Notes: generated by a model from the letters alone, not told the origin. A DNA stretch of 63,653 nt, filler included, from Actinomycetota bacterium (GCA_009886115.1; 8 parts of 8 records of this genome joined end to end with filler, not necessarily neighbours in it); one strand, 5' to 3'. Counted from the first letter of the whole stretch, positions 1 to 11,562 are shown. Numbers and translations: made by a program.

Positions 1-1
1 C

Positions 2-48
2 AAATTTGTGCAGAAAACGTCGCCTGGCGACGTTTTCTGCACAAATTT
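2..48. repeat. Perfect 23-bp inverted repeat, 1-nt spacer (47-nt palindrome, copy 1)
   Basis: AAATTTGTGCAGAAAACGTCGCC-T-GGCGACGTTTTCTGCACAAATTT read directly. Confidence 0.95.
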
Positions 49-114
49 CGAGGGGTCGAAGGGTCGAAGGGTCGAAGGGGCGAGGGGACGAGGGGTCGAG
101 GGGTCGAGGGGTCA
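49..114. repeat. Degenerate 8-bp tandem repeat (GGGTCGAA/GGGTCGAG)
   Basis: About 8 imperfect units between the palindrome and the ppx stop codon. Confidence 0.85.
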
Positions 115-1056
115 GCGGCGGGCGAGGTCGAGGGCGATGCCGTCGAGGATGTCGGACTCTGAGACGAGCATCCGGTCGAGCTCGAGCCAACGCATGATCG
201 TGGCGAGGATGAGCGTGCCGCCCACGATCACGTCGACCCGAGCGGGGTCGAGCCCGGGGTTGTGACGCCGATCGGCGGCCCGCTCGGTGGCCAGGGTGCG
301 GAACACGTCCTCGACCGCCTCGCGGGTGAGCGAGAAATGGTGGATGCGGTCGCGGTCGTGGACGGCCAGCCCCTGCTCGACGGCGGCCACGGTCGAGATG
401 GTCCCGGCGACGCCGATCACGGTGCGGACGTCGCCGATCTGAGGGATGGCCCGGGCCACGTCGTCGAGATGCACCCGCACCACCGAGATCGCCGCGGCCA
501 GCTCGTCGGGAGCGGGCGGGTCGGAGGCGAGGAACTGCTCGGTGACCCGCACGCAGCCCATGTCGGTCGACACCACGGCCTCCGGTCCGCCCGCCCCGTC
601 ACCCACGGCGCCGTAGACGAACTCCGTGGAGCCGCCGCCGATGTCGACCACCAGGCAGGGTCCGGGGCCCACGGCATCGGCCACGCCGACGGTCGCCCCG
701 GCGAACGAGAGGCGTCCCTCCTCGGCGCCCGAGATCAGCTCGGGACGGGTGCCCAGCACGGCCTCGACGGCATCGAACAGCTCGTCGCGGTTGGCCGCGT
801 CACGAGCCGCCGAGGTGGCCGTGCCCCTGACGAGCTCGACGCCCAGCCCGTCGATCGCGACCCGGTACTCGCGTACGGCGTCGACGGTGCGTTCGATGGC
901 GTCAGGATGCAATCGGCGATCGGCGTCGACCCGCTGCCCGAGCCGGGTGATGCGCATGCGGCGATCGAGCGTGACGAGCGTGCCGTCATCGGCCACGTCG
1001 GCAACGAGGAGCCGGGTCGAGTTCGTCCCGAAGTCGAGCGCGGCGACCCGTTTCAC
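112..1056 (-). CDS. ppx: Ppx/GppA family exopolyphosphatase
   Basis: ALDFGTNSTRLLVAD, ATSAARDAANR, EEGRLSF and DIGGGSTE motifs; GTG overlaps the DUF501 stop; standard eno-divIC-DUF501-ppx order. Confidence 0.93.
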   Translation of the reverse strand: MKRVAALDFGTNSTRLLVADVADDGTLVTLDRRMRITRLGQRVDADRRLHPDAIERTVDAVREYRVAIDGLGVELVRGTATSAARDAANRDELFDAVEAVLGTRPELISGAEEGRLSFAGATVGVADAVGPGPCLVVDIGGGSTEFVYGAVGDGAGGPEAVVSTDMGCVRVTEQFLASDPPAPDELAAAISVVRVHLDDVARAIPQIGDVRTVIGVAGTISTVAAVEQGLAVHDRDRIHHFSLTREAVEDVFRTLATERAADRRHNPGLDPARVDVIVGGTLILATIMRWLELDRMLVSESDILDGIALDLARR

Positions 1057-1745
1057 GCCCACGCCCCCGCCCCCGTGCCCGAGCCCGAGCCCGCATCCGG
1101 GACCGCATCCGCGTACACGGCCGAGCCCGTGCCCGAGCCCACATCCGTGACCGCATCCGGGACCGCATCCGCGTGCACGGCCGTGACCGCGCTCGAGCCC
1201 GCGGCCGGGACCGCGTCCGAGACCGCGCTCGCGTGCACGGCCGGGACTGCATCAGCGAACACGACCTCCGGCACCTCGCCGCACGACCCGACACCGGCAG
1301 CGAGCTGCGCCAGCACCCAGCGCCCGACGGCATCGTCACCGCCTGCGAGCACATGGGCCACATGGGCGTGGAGGCACTTCACGCCCTGACGAGTGCCGCC
1401 CACCCCGGCCGAGGGACGAGGGCCGGTCCAGTCGACGGGCACGAACGCGTCGCGCTCGGCGGCATACGACGCGTGCGCCCGAGCGACGGCCTCGGGGTCG
1501 ATCGCGGCATCGGCGTGCTTGACCCCGCCCGCTGACTCGAGCCGCGACACCGCCGTCCGCCAGACCGGATCGACGAGCCAGTACAGCGTGGGCATCGGCG
1601 TGCCGTCGGCGGTGAACGGGGCGTTGCGGATCACCACGGGTGTCGCCGTGTCGCGCCGGCGCACCACGACCTCGGCGTCGGACATCAACGGTCGACCCAG
1701 GTACCCGGCAACGATCTCACGGTCGCGCTCCGACAGCTCCCACAC
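1053..1745 (-). CDS. DUF501 family protein with low-complexity C-terminal extension
   Basis: NAPFTADGTPMPTLYWL, SRLESAGGV and GVGGTRQGVKCLHAH motifs; start approximate. Confidence 0.88.
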   Translation of the reverse strand: MWELSERDREIVAGYLGRPLMSDAEVVVRRRDTATPVVIRNAPFTADGTPMPTLYWLVDPVWRTAVSRLESAGGVKHADAAIDPEAVARAHASYAAERDAFVPVDWTGPRPSAGVGGTRQGVKCLHAHVAHVLAGGDDAVGRWVLAQLAAGVGSCGEVPEVVFADAVPAVHASAVSDAVPAAGSSAVTAVHADAVPDAVTDVGSGTGSAVYADAVPDAGSGSGTGAGAWA

Positions 1746-1821
1746 GAGCGGGATTCTACGGAGCCCCCACCCTCGACCAGGAGTGAGTACCAGGGCCCAG
1801 GACCGGAACAACTCACCCTTG

Positions 1822-1857
1822 CTCGGAGGGCTCGGAGGGCTCGGAGGGCTCGGAGGG
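1822..1857. repeat. 9-bp tandem repeat (GCTCGGAGG)x4
   Basis: Read directly, intergenic. Confidence 0.9.
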
Positions 1858-1872
1858 CCAGGGCCCCGGTCG

Positions 1873-2439
1873 CTACGGACGGGTGATCGGCGTGGTGATC
1901 GGGACGACGACACCCTCGGGCGTCACCTCGGCCGTGATCGCCGGATCCCGGGTCGTGGTGGTGGTGGCTCCCGGGATGATCGCGTAGGCCGCCTCGTCCT
2001 TCTTCACGAGGCTGTACTCGGCTCGGGCGATGCGCGCGATCTCGACGGGGTCCTGCAGGCGAGCGATCTCGCCCGCGAGCCGGCGGTTCTGATCGGACAG
2101 CGTGGCCAGATCTCGGCGGGCCTCGTCGATGTCGCGGTGCTGTCGTAGCCAGGTGCGGGCCGGCAGATAGCCCACGAACAGCACCCCGACCACCAGGACG
2201 CTGAAGATCGTGAACCCGGCGGCCAGCTTGCGCCAGCGGCGATGCCGGCGCTCGACGGGCGCGGCAGCCGACGCCGACGCCGACGATGCGTGGGACGCGG
2301 GAGCCGACGGCACTTCCGACGCGGACGCGGACGCAGACGCGGACGCGGACGTAGACGTAGACGCAGACGCAGACGCCAGTGATCCGCCCTTGCGGGCCTT
2401 CGGGTTCTTCCCCACAACGGGATCGCGGCGTGTGCCCAT
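1873..2439 (-). CDS. Septum formation initiator (FtsB/DivIC family)
   Basis: TM helix, coiled coil, DPVEIARIARAEYSLVKKDE; directly downstream of eno; Ala/Ser hexamer-repeat N-terminus. Confidence 0.85.
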   Translation of the reverse strand: MGTRRDPVVGKNPKARKGGSLASASASTSTSASASASASASEVPSAPASHASSASASAAAPVERRHRRWRKLAAGFTIFSVLVVGVLFVGYLPARTWLRQHRDIDEARRDLATLSDQNRRLAGEIARLQDPVEIARIARAEYSLVKKDEAAYAIIPGATTTTTRDPAITAEVTPEGVVVPITTPITRP

Positions 2440-2451
2440 CGACCCAGCCCC

Positions 2452-4753
<2,302 letters not shown>

Positions 4754-4918
4754 TGCCGGCTCCAAGGCGCCTGCGGCGCCGTCACCGGCGAATTTGAGAC
4801 ACCTCGCTTCGCTCGGCGAACGTCAACGGCCATGCATGGTCGAGACCCGAGGTAGCGCAGGTGGCGTGAGCGGTGGTGTACCGGGGCCAGCCGCCGGAGC
4901 GGCTGGCCCCGGTGCGCG

Positions 4919-5348
4919 TCAGATCGGGATCTCCTCGGCGACGGTCTTGCCCTTGCCCGCAGCCGAAGCGGCTGCAGCGGCGTTGGCGGCAGGGAGGAAC
5001 TTGTCGAACAGCGGACCCGTCATGGCCGTGGTCACCAGGGCCACGAGCACACCACCCACCTGCATCTGGTCGGTGATGAAGCCGCCCTGCTTGGCCAACA
5101 GCGCCACCACGAGCACCAGCAGGCCCCGGCAGTTCATGAGGACGCCGAGCACGTTGCCCTCGGCCCACGACATGCCCGAGGCTCGAGCGGCCACAGCGCC
5201 ACCGAGCCACTTGCCGACGATGGCTGCGAGGAGGAACAGGCCCAGACCCGGGAGCCACGACCAGCCCAACTTGGTGAAGTCGGTGTTCAGACCGCTGAAC
5301 GCCAGGAAGATCGGCAGCAGGATCGCCCCCGTGAGCTCGGACAGCCGG
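4919..5348 (-). CDS. Cation:proton antiporter (CPA2/Kef-like), 3' fragment
   Basis: LGVLMNCRGLLVLVV and VALVTTAMTGP; truncated by contig end. Confidence 0.75.
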
Positions 5349-5448
5349 NNNNNNNNNNNNNNNNNNNNNNNNNNNNNNNNNNNNNNNNNNNNTTAATTAA
5401 TTAANNNNNNNNNNNNNNNNNNNNNNNNNNNNNNNNNNNNNNNNNNNN
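5349..5448. other. Assembly spacer (N run + TTAATTAATTAA linker)
   Basis: Same 100-nt spacer at 22521-22620, 30284-30383, 35868-35967, 46496-46595, 56664-56763 and 60963-61062. Confidence 0.99.
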
Positions 5449-5718
5449 GATTCGTGCGGCGAGCGACGGCAGGTGCCGCTCGATCGAGGGTTGGATGGCC
5501 CGGTCCTCGTGGGCGGCGTGGTGCGTGAGCACGTCGACAACCTCGACGACGGCGGCCCGCAGCGCCTCGCGGGCGGCCCGGTCGGCCGGGTCGGTCGTCC
5601 CGGCGAGGACCGTGACCCGGAACAGCTCGGCCCGAATGGCCTTGTGGACGTCTCGATAGAGGTCAAAGGCCGCGAGCTCAGGAGTCGCCGCGGTCGCGGT
5701 GCTCGCGGTGCTCGTCAT
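5449..5718 (-). CDS. Hemerythrin-domain protein, 5' part
   Basis: DLYRDVHKAIR...HAAHED helical His/Glu pattern; GGAG RBS; runs into the gap. Confidence 0.7.
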
Positions 5719-5806
5719 CGGGGTGTCTCCTTGTCGTCACAGCTCTTCGATCGAGCCGTGGTGTGTATCACCTCGATGGTGCGCCGGTCGCATCGCGGGG
5801 CTGGGG

Positions 5807-6400
5807 CCGGGCCTGGCCGGTGCCGACAGCCGGATCGCGGTGCCTGCCATGACCGGCGGGCGCCTCGTCGGTGTGCTCGTGACGGAGAGCCCCCGCCCGG
5901 CTGCGTTCGACGATGCCGACGTGGCCGTGCTGTCGGTCGTGGCGACCCTGGTCGCCGCGGCGGTCGAGGCCGATCGGGCCCACGACGACCCCGGAACCGT
6001 CGCCGAGCGTCGCGGCCGCAGTGGCGAACGCATCGCCCGGCGACCGTCCCGGACAGATCAGCGCACGGCAATCGTGCTCCACTCCAGCGTCGATGGAAGC
6101 GTGTTCATCGGCGGCGAGTAGCTCATCAAGGGGGTCGCCGGGCGGATCCTGTGGACTCTGCTCGGCCAGCACGCCGCGGAGGGACGGGTCGAGTTCACCA
6201 ACAAGGAGGTACGTCTCGACCCGACGCTCGAGCTCCCGGGCTTCCGGGACAACCTCGACAGCCGCCTGATCCTGCTCAAGCGCCGCCTCGACGAACGGCA
6301 GGCCCCCGTGCGTCGCGACAAGACGGGCCGCGGCCGATTCCGCCTGAGCGTCGTCGACAGCGTCCGCCTCGAGCTCGAGCTGGTGCGACCCGAGCCCTGA
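5807..6400 (+). pseudogene. Truncated GAF plus C-terminal HTH-like regulator with internal TAG
   Basis: GAF C-terminal half (IAVPAMTGGRLVGVLVTES...FDDAD), then SVFIGGE-TAG(6119-6121)[11 protein letters not shown] continuing in frame to TGA 6400; N-terminus absent. Confidence 0.75.
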
Positions 6401-6569
6401 AACCCGTGCTGTGGCACGGAATGTCGTCGCCGACGGCCGTCCTGCGACCACGATCATGAACCATGCCCTGAAACATCCGAGGCGCGCGATTAGCGTGGTC
6501 GTGGCGCGGGGGCCGGGGTAACCGGGGACGCCGACAGGTAAGGAACCGGACAGAACCGAGGAGAGTGCG

Positions 6570-7439
6570 ATGCCCACAACCACGAGCCGTACCCGCTGTC
6601 GAATGATGGCAGCCTCCATCCTCACGCTGGCCATGCTGATGGCCGCTTGCGGTGACGACGACGATGACGCCGTCGATGCCGTCGACACCACGACCGCCGC
6701 CGGAGACACCGCTCCCGCCGGCGAGACCAGTGCCCCCGAGGGCGAGGGCGAGGGGCAGGCGCTGACCCCCGTCACCGGCGAGTTCGCCGAGGTCTGCGCA
6801 CTGGCGCAGGAGCTCTTCCTCCAGGAGGACTTCCCGACCGCCGAGCAGCTCACCCGGTACCAGGAGCTGGTTCCCGACGAGATCGCCGACGCCGTCGACA
6901 CCGCGGCTCCACCGCTGATCGCCGCCGCGGGCGACCTCGTGGCGTTCTTCAACGCGTTCGCCGACGACGAGGTCACCGCCGCGATCGACGATGAGATAAA
7001 TGCTTGGGAGGAGGAGAACTGCGGGATCCCGCACTCCGAGAACGTGACGCCTCTGCCCGAGGGAGCATCGGAGGAGGTCGAGGACGACGCCAACCTCGTC
7101 GAGGTGAGCTCGACGGAGTACAGCTTCGATGTGCCGGCCACCCTCGAGGCAGGGCGTACTTCGTTCGTGCTCACCAACGCCGGCGCCCAGGCCCACTTCA
7201 TGCTGATCGGCAAGCTGGCCGAAGGCGTCAGCCTCGAGGATGCGCTGGCTTCGGAGGACGGATCGGGAATCGAGGCCGAGTGGGAGAGCGGCCTCGCCGC
7301 AGCAGGGGGCGAGGACGAGGAAGCGATCACCTTCGACCTCGAGCCGGGCGACTACGGGATGGTCTGCTTCGTCCCCGACCCCGACGGCACTCCGCACGCG
7401 TTCAAGGGGATGGCCATCCCCTTCACCGTCACCGGCTGA
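6570..7439 (+). CDS. Acidic lipoprotein with C-terminal cupredoxin-like domain
   Basis: Lipobox MAAC then GDDDDD; AHFM and LEPGDYGMVCFVPDPDGTPHAFKGM give His/Cys/His/Met type-1 Cu ligands. Confidence 0.75.
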   Translation: MPTTTSRTRCRMMAASILTLAMLMAACGDDDDDAVDAVDTTTAAGDTAPAGETSAPEGEGEGQALTPVTGEFAEVCALAQELFLQEDFPTAEQLTRYQELVPDEIADAVDTAAPPLIAAAGDLVAFFNAFADDEVTAAIDDEINAWEEENCGIPHSENVTPLPEGASEEVEDDANLVEVSSTEYSFDVPATLEAGRTSFVLTNAGAQAHFMLIGKLAEGVSLEDALASEDGSGIEAEWESGLAAAGGEDEEAITFDLEPGDYGMVCFVPDPDGTPHAFKGMAIPFTVTG

Positions 7440-7464
7440 CCGGTCTCGTGCTCCTCGATACCGC

Positions 7465-8415
7465 TCAGATACCGAGGCGGCGGCGCAGGCGGCGGCCTTC
7501 CTCGAAGGCCTTGTCGAGCACGTCGTAGCCGTCCTCGAGCAGGATCTCGTCGGCATGGTCACGGACCATCTCGACCGACAGGTCGCCATCCACGAAGCCG
7601 GGCGTGAGGCCCATGAAGAACCGGGCCACCCGCCCGGCCGCGACGCTCAGCACCTGACCGTTGAGAGGGCAGTCGTGGTGGACGAGCCAGGCGGCCGCGC
7701 TGGCGATGTGACGCGGATCGAGGCGGTCCGACCAGGCATCGCCCGTCCCGGTGCGCCAGGTGGCCGGCACCGCTCGTGACTGGCGTGACATCTCGGTGAA
7801 GGCGATGGGGGCGATGGCGTTGGTGTGAATACCCGCCGCGGCCCCTTCGAGCGCCAGGACCCGGGTGAGGCCCCACAGCGCCGCTTTCGAGGCGGCGTAG
7901 GCGCTCGAGCCGGGCACCCCGAGCAGGCCCGAGTTCGACGTGGTGAACAGCACCCGGCCGTAGCCCTGGTCGCGCAGGTGCGGCCAGGCCGCCCGGGTGA
8001 CGAGGTACGCACCGCGCAGGTTCACGTTCATGACCTCGTCCCAGAGGTCGTCGGTCATCTCGTGGAAGTCGCGTGAGCGGAGGATGCCGGCGTTGTTGAC
8101 GACGATGTCGATGCGCCCGAAGGACTTGACGGCCGTCTGCACGGTCTGCGCCGCACCATCGGTCGACGTGATGCTCGTCGTACAGGCCACCGCTCGGCCT
8201 CCTGCGGCGACGATCTCGTCGGCGACCCGATCGGCGTCACCGAGGGCCCGCTCGGCAATGGCGTCGTAGCCACCGACGTCGTTCACCACCACGGCCGCAC
8301 CGCGCCCGGCGAGCAGCAGCGCGTGCATGCGGCCCAGGCCCCCGCCCGCCCCGGTGACCAGCGCGACCCGACCGTCGAAGCGCATGGGCGCGAACGGTTC
8401 GGGGTCGGTCGTCAC
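7465..8415 (-). CDS. SDR oxidoreductase (MFE-2/HSD17B4-like)
   Basis: TGAGGGLG, VVVNDVG, NNAGILR, YAASK. Confidence 0.9.
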   Translation of the reverse strand: MTTDPEPFAPMRFDGRVALVTGAGGGLGRMHALLLAGRGAAVVVNDVGGYDAIAERALGDADRVADEIVAAGGRAVACTTSITSTDGAAQTVQTAVKSFGRIDIVVNNAGILRSRDFHEMTDDLWDEVMNVNLRGAYLVTRAAWPHLRDQGYGRVLFTTSNSGLLGVPGSSAYAASKAALWGLTRVLALEGAAAGIHTNAIAPIAFTEMSRQSRAVPATWRTGTGDAWSDRLDPRHIASAAAWLVHHDCPLNGQVLSVAAGRVARFFMGLTPGFVDGDLSVEMVRDHADEILLEDGYDVLDKAFEEGRRLRRRLGI

Positions 8416-8443
8416 GGGATCACCTCGGCGCTCGGGAGCGTGC

Positions 8444-8965
8444 TCAGCAGACGGCGGGATGGAGGCGGCCCGTGTCGACGTCGTAGACGAAGCCGGCGAC
8501 GGGCAGCTCGCGAGGAAGCAGCGGGCACGTGCGGATCCGCGCGAGATCGGCGCGCAGCACCCGCTGCTGGTCGTCGATCGGCAGGAAGTCCCAGGCGGCC
8601 GTGTCGACGCCGTACTCCTGGCCCAGCGTCGCCCGGAGCTCGTCGTTGGTCGCGCCGATCAGACGACATCCCGTGTGCTGCACCACGCATACCCGGTCGA
8701 CGGCCAGGAGGTTGACGGCGAGCACCAGCGTCCGCAGCACGTCGTCGGTGACACGCGCCCCGCCGTTGCGGAGGATCTTGGCGTCGCCGGGAACGAGGCC
8801 GAGCATGTCGAGGGGCTCGATGCGGGAGTCCATGCACGTGACGACGGCCAGCCCGCGAGCAGCCGCCGGCGGGAGCCCGGCAAGTCGAAACGTTGACGAG
8901 TACTCGCGGTTGGCGGCCAGGATGTCGTCGAACACCATGGCATTCTGGCGGACGGTCTCGTTCAT
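8444..8965 (-). CDS. Beta-class carbonic anhydrase
   Basis: TCMDSRI, RNGGARV, HTGC, GFVYDVDTGRL. Confidence 0.9.
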   Translation of the reverse strand: MNETVRQNAMVFDDILAANREYSSTFRLAGLPPAAARGLAVVTCMDSRIEPLDMLGLVPGDAKILRNGGARVTDDVLRTLVLAVNLLAVDRVCVVQHTGCRLIGATNDELRATLGQEYGVDTAAWDFLPIDDQQRVLRADLARIRTCPLLPRELPVAGFVYDVDTGRLHPAVC

Positions 8966-9019
8966 GCCCCGATCGCCCCGACCTGATCCGGAGCGATCGA
9001 GCAGCGTTCGTCGACCCGC

Positions 9020-10183
9020 TCAGGCCTCGCCGATGAGCACGGGCAGTTGCTTCGGACCACGGATGGGGCCCGACCGGATCCACTCGACGGGGGTGTCAAC
9101 GAGCTCGTACCGGGGGCGCCGGCCGAGCAGCTCCTCCAGTCCCACCTTGGCCTCCAACCGAGCCAGCGCTGCCCCCAGGCAATGGTGCACACCGTGGCCG
9201 AACGCGAGATGCCGCTCCGGGCGCCGGTCGAGATCGAACTCGGCGGCCCGTTCGAACTCGGCGTCGTCACGGTTGGCCGAGCCGTACAGGAGGAGCACCT
9301 TGGCGCCTTCGGGGATTGCGTGCCCGCCGATCTCGACGGGCCGTGTCGTCGTTCGGGCCAGGCCCTGCACGGGCGAGGAGTGCCGCAGCAGCTCCTCGAC
9401 GGCCGCGCCGAGGAGCTCGGCATGAGCCTCGAGGCGGGCCCGGTGTAGGGGTTCCCGGTCGAAGAGCACCGCCGCGTTGCCGAGCAGGTTCGTGGTCGTC
9501 TCGTTGCCGGCGACGAGCAACAAGAAGCACAGGCCCATCAGCTCGTCACGTCCGAGGCGCTCGCCGTCGACCTCGGCGACGGTGAGCGCGGTGACGAAGT
9601 CCTCACGCGGGTGGGCGACCCGATCGTCGAGCACCTCGCCGAAGTACCCGTACAGCGCCATCGCGGCGCCCATCCCCGCCTCCTGCCCTCCCGCCTCGAA
9701 CGGGTTCTGGCGGACGAGCTCGTTCGACTTCTCCTTGAAGAATCCCCGGTCGGCCGTCTCGACGCCGAGCAGCTCGGCGATCACCAGGGTGGGCAGCGGC
9801 TCGGTGAAGTCGACGACGAGATCGCCTCCACCCGCGGCCCAGATCTCGTCGGCCAGCTGGGTCGCGATGACAGCGATACGGGGCTCGAGCGCGGCAATGG
9901 CCTTGGGCGTGAAGGCTCGGCTCACGAGACTGCGGAGCCGCTGGTGTTGCGGCGGGTCCATCATGATCATCATGGGCAACAAGGCTTCGGTGCCGTAGCC
10001 GATCGTGACGCCCTGCGCCGACGAGTACGTCGCCGTGTCGTGCACGGCCGCCATCACGTCGGCGAAGCGTGAGAAGACCCAGAAGTCGCGTTCGGTGTTG
10101 TGGAACACGGGAGCCTCGGCCCGCAGCCGTGCGTAGACCGGATAGGGATCGTCGTGCACGTCGGGGTCGTAGGGGTCGTACAT
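9020..10183 (-). CDS. Cytochrome P450 (CYP123-like)
   Basis: DPYDPDVHDDPYP start, AGNETT, EELLR, FGHGVHHCLG. Confidence 0.93.
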   Translation of the reverse strand: MYDPYDPDVHDDPYPVYARLRAEAPVFHNTERDFWVFSRFADVMAAVHDTATYSSAQGVTIGYGTEALLPMMIMMDPPQHQRLRSLVSRAFTPKAIAALEPRIAVIATQLADEIWAAGGGDLVVDFTEPLPTLVIAELLGVETADRGFFKEKSNELVRQNPFEAGGQEAGMGAAMALYGYFGEVLDDRVAHPREDFVTALTVAEVDGERLGRDELMGLCFLLLVAGNETTTNLLGNAAVLFDREPLHRARLEAHAELLGAAVEELLRHSSPVQGLARTTTRPVEIGGHAIPEGAKVLLLYGSANRDDAEFERAAEFDLDRRPERHLAFGHGVHHCLGAALARLEAKVGLEELLGRRPRYELVDTPVEWIRSGPIRGPKQLPVLIGEA

Positions 10184-10203
10184 GGCACCGACGGTAGCAG
10201 AGA

Positions 10204-10220
10204 TTGGAACAACGTTCCAA
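10204..10220. promoter_or_regulatory. Putative TetR operator TTGGAAC-AAC-GTTCCAA
   Basis: Perfect 7-bp inverted repeat in the short divergent gap between P450 and TetR. Confidence 0.7.
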
Positions 10221-10282
10221 AGCACCGTTCCGATAGCATGTGGGCTCGCAGGGAGCCCCCACCGAACGGGAAGCGCAGATCG

Positions 10283-10867
10283 ATGCAACGGGAGATCCCG
10301 GCCGAGATGGCCGAACGGTTCCGAAGGGCGGCCGAGGTCTTCGCCGATGTCGGCTTCGAGCACGCCCGCATCGACGACCTGAGCGTCGCCACCGGGGTGC
10401 CGTCGTCCACGATCTACTACTACCTGGCCGGCAAGGAGGGGCTCCTCGCCTTCCTCCTGACCGACTGGCTCGAGGCCGTCGCCAGCGCCGTCGAGGACGT
10501 TATGAGTGCCAGTGCCGGAGCTTCGGTGCGCCAGCGCCTGACGGCGATCATCAGGGTGCAGGTCGAGCTCATGGACGATCATCCAGCCACGTGCCGTGTC
10601 CTGCTCGCCGAGAACGGTCGCATCGCTCGTCTTCCCGAGCTGGGCGAAGCCGTAGAAGCCGCATTCCATCGTCCAGTCGAGAAGGTGCTCCGGGACGGGC
10701 TCGACGACGGCACTCTCCGTCCGATCGACCCGGGAGCTACCGCAGCGGCGGTGTACGGAGCGCTCACCTTGGGCGGACTGTCGTATCTCGTCAGAGGACA
10801 CGCGATTCCGAGCGATTTCGTCGACAGCATCGCCGCGCTCGTGTTCGACGGGATCACTCCCCGATGA
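10283..10867 (+). CDS. TetR/AcrR family regulator
   Basis: AAEVFADVGFEHARIDDLSVATGVPSSTIYYYLAGKEGL; start could also be 10238. Confidence 0.9.
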   Translation: MQREIPAEMAERFRRAAEVFADVGFEHARIDDLSVATGVPSSTIYYYLAGKEGLLAFLLTDWLEAVASAVEDVMSASAGASVRQRLTAIIRVQVELMDDHPATCRVLLAENGRIARLPELGEAVEAAFHRPVEKVLRDGLDDGTLRPIDPGATAAAVYGALTLGGLSYLVRGHAIPSDFVDSIAALVFDGITPR

Positions 10868-10975
10868 TGAGCTCGCTTCAGGGGCCCATTCCCGAGCGGG
10901 CCCGCGCCCCGACGGGGCGCTGACGCGACGACAGTGCCACCTCGTGTCGGCCAGCATGTACCTCGGGCTGGTGCT

Positions 10976-11420
10976 TTACATACTGACGGCGACGATCTCG
11001 GCCTTGGCCACCATCACATCCGCGTCAACCTCGAGGATGAAGCCATCGTCGACCGATGACCGTGCCGACGCTCGGAACGCTTCGAGATAGTCCTCGGGCG
11101 TCGGGTACAAGGCTGCGAGCGTGGCCTCATCGAAGGGCGTGGTCGAACCGAAGAGTGCGCAGAACCCGGTCGCGCCTTCGACCATGTCCCCGCTCAGGGC
11201 CGCGACGGGTACATGCCCCTCCGGTGACCGGGCCGGTGACGACGACCGGCTCGAGCTCCGGCAGCGTCGTGGTGGTGGGCGCCGGGACCGTGGTCGTCGG
11301 AGCCGGGGACGCCGAGGTGGTGGGGCTCGCCGACGATGACGTGGCGGGCCCGGTGGCCGCTGAGTTCGTCACCTCGACGGGCGCAGTGCCCGCGCTACCC
11401 GTCGAGCACGTCTCATCGTG
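10976..11420 (-). pseudogene. Secreted alpha/beta-hydrolase remnant with large internal deletion
   Basis: Thr/Pro linker ending VTGPVTGG is joined out of frame (~11213) to the C-terminus VPVAALSG...CALFGSTTPFDEATLAALYPT...GFIL. Confidence 0.65.
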
Positions 11421-11562
11421 TACCCCGAGATGCGACGATGGCAGACTTGGCATTCGGAGGCTTCCGGGCCCGAGTCGATTCCGCGCAGCCGACGGTTGCG
11501 GTGCGTGTAGTGCCCGCGGTCGCCGAGCGGCTCGGCGCACCCAGCTGGGGGACGGTGGAGTT

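Noticed and set aside
5349..5448. Recurring TTAATTAATTAA within N runs
   Set aside because: Artificial contig linker with stops in all frames; not biological, and ORFs ending in X...LIN are artefacts
6119..6121. In-frame TAG as possible pyrrolysine or readthrough
   Set aside because: The position fits Tyr (one change from TAC), the gene is also 5' truncated, and no pyl genes are seen
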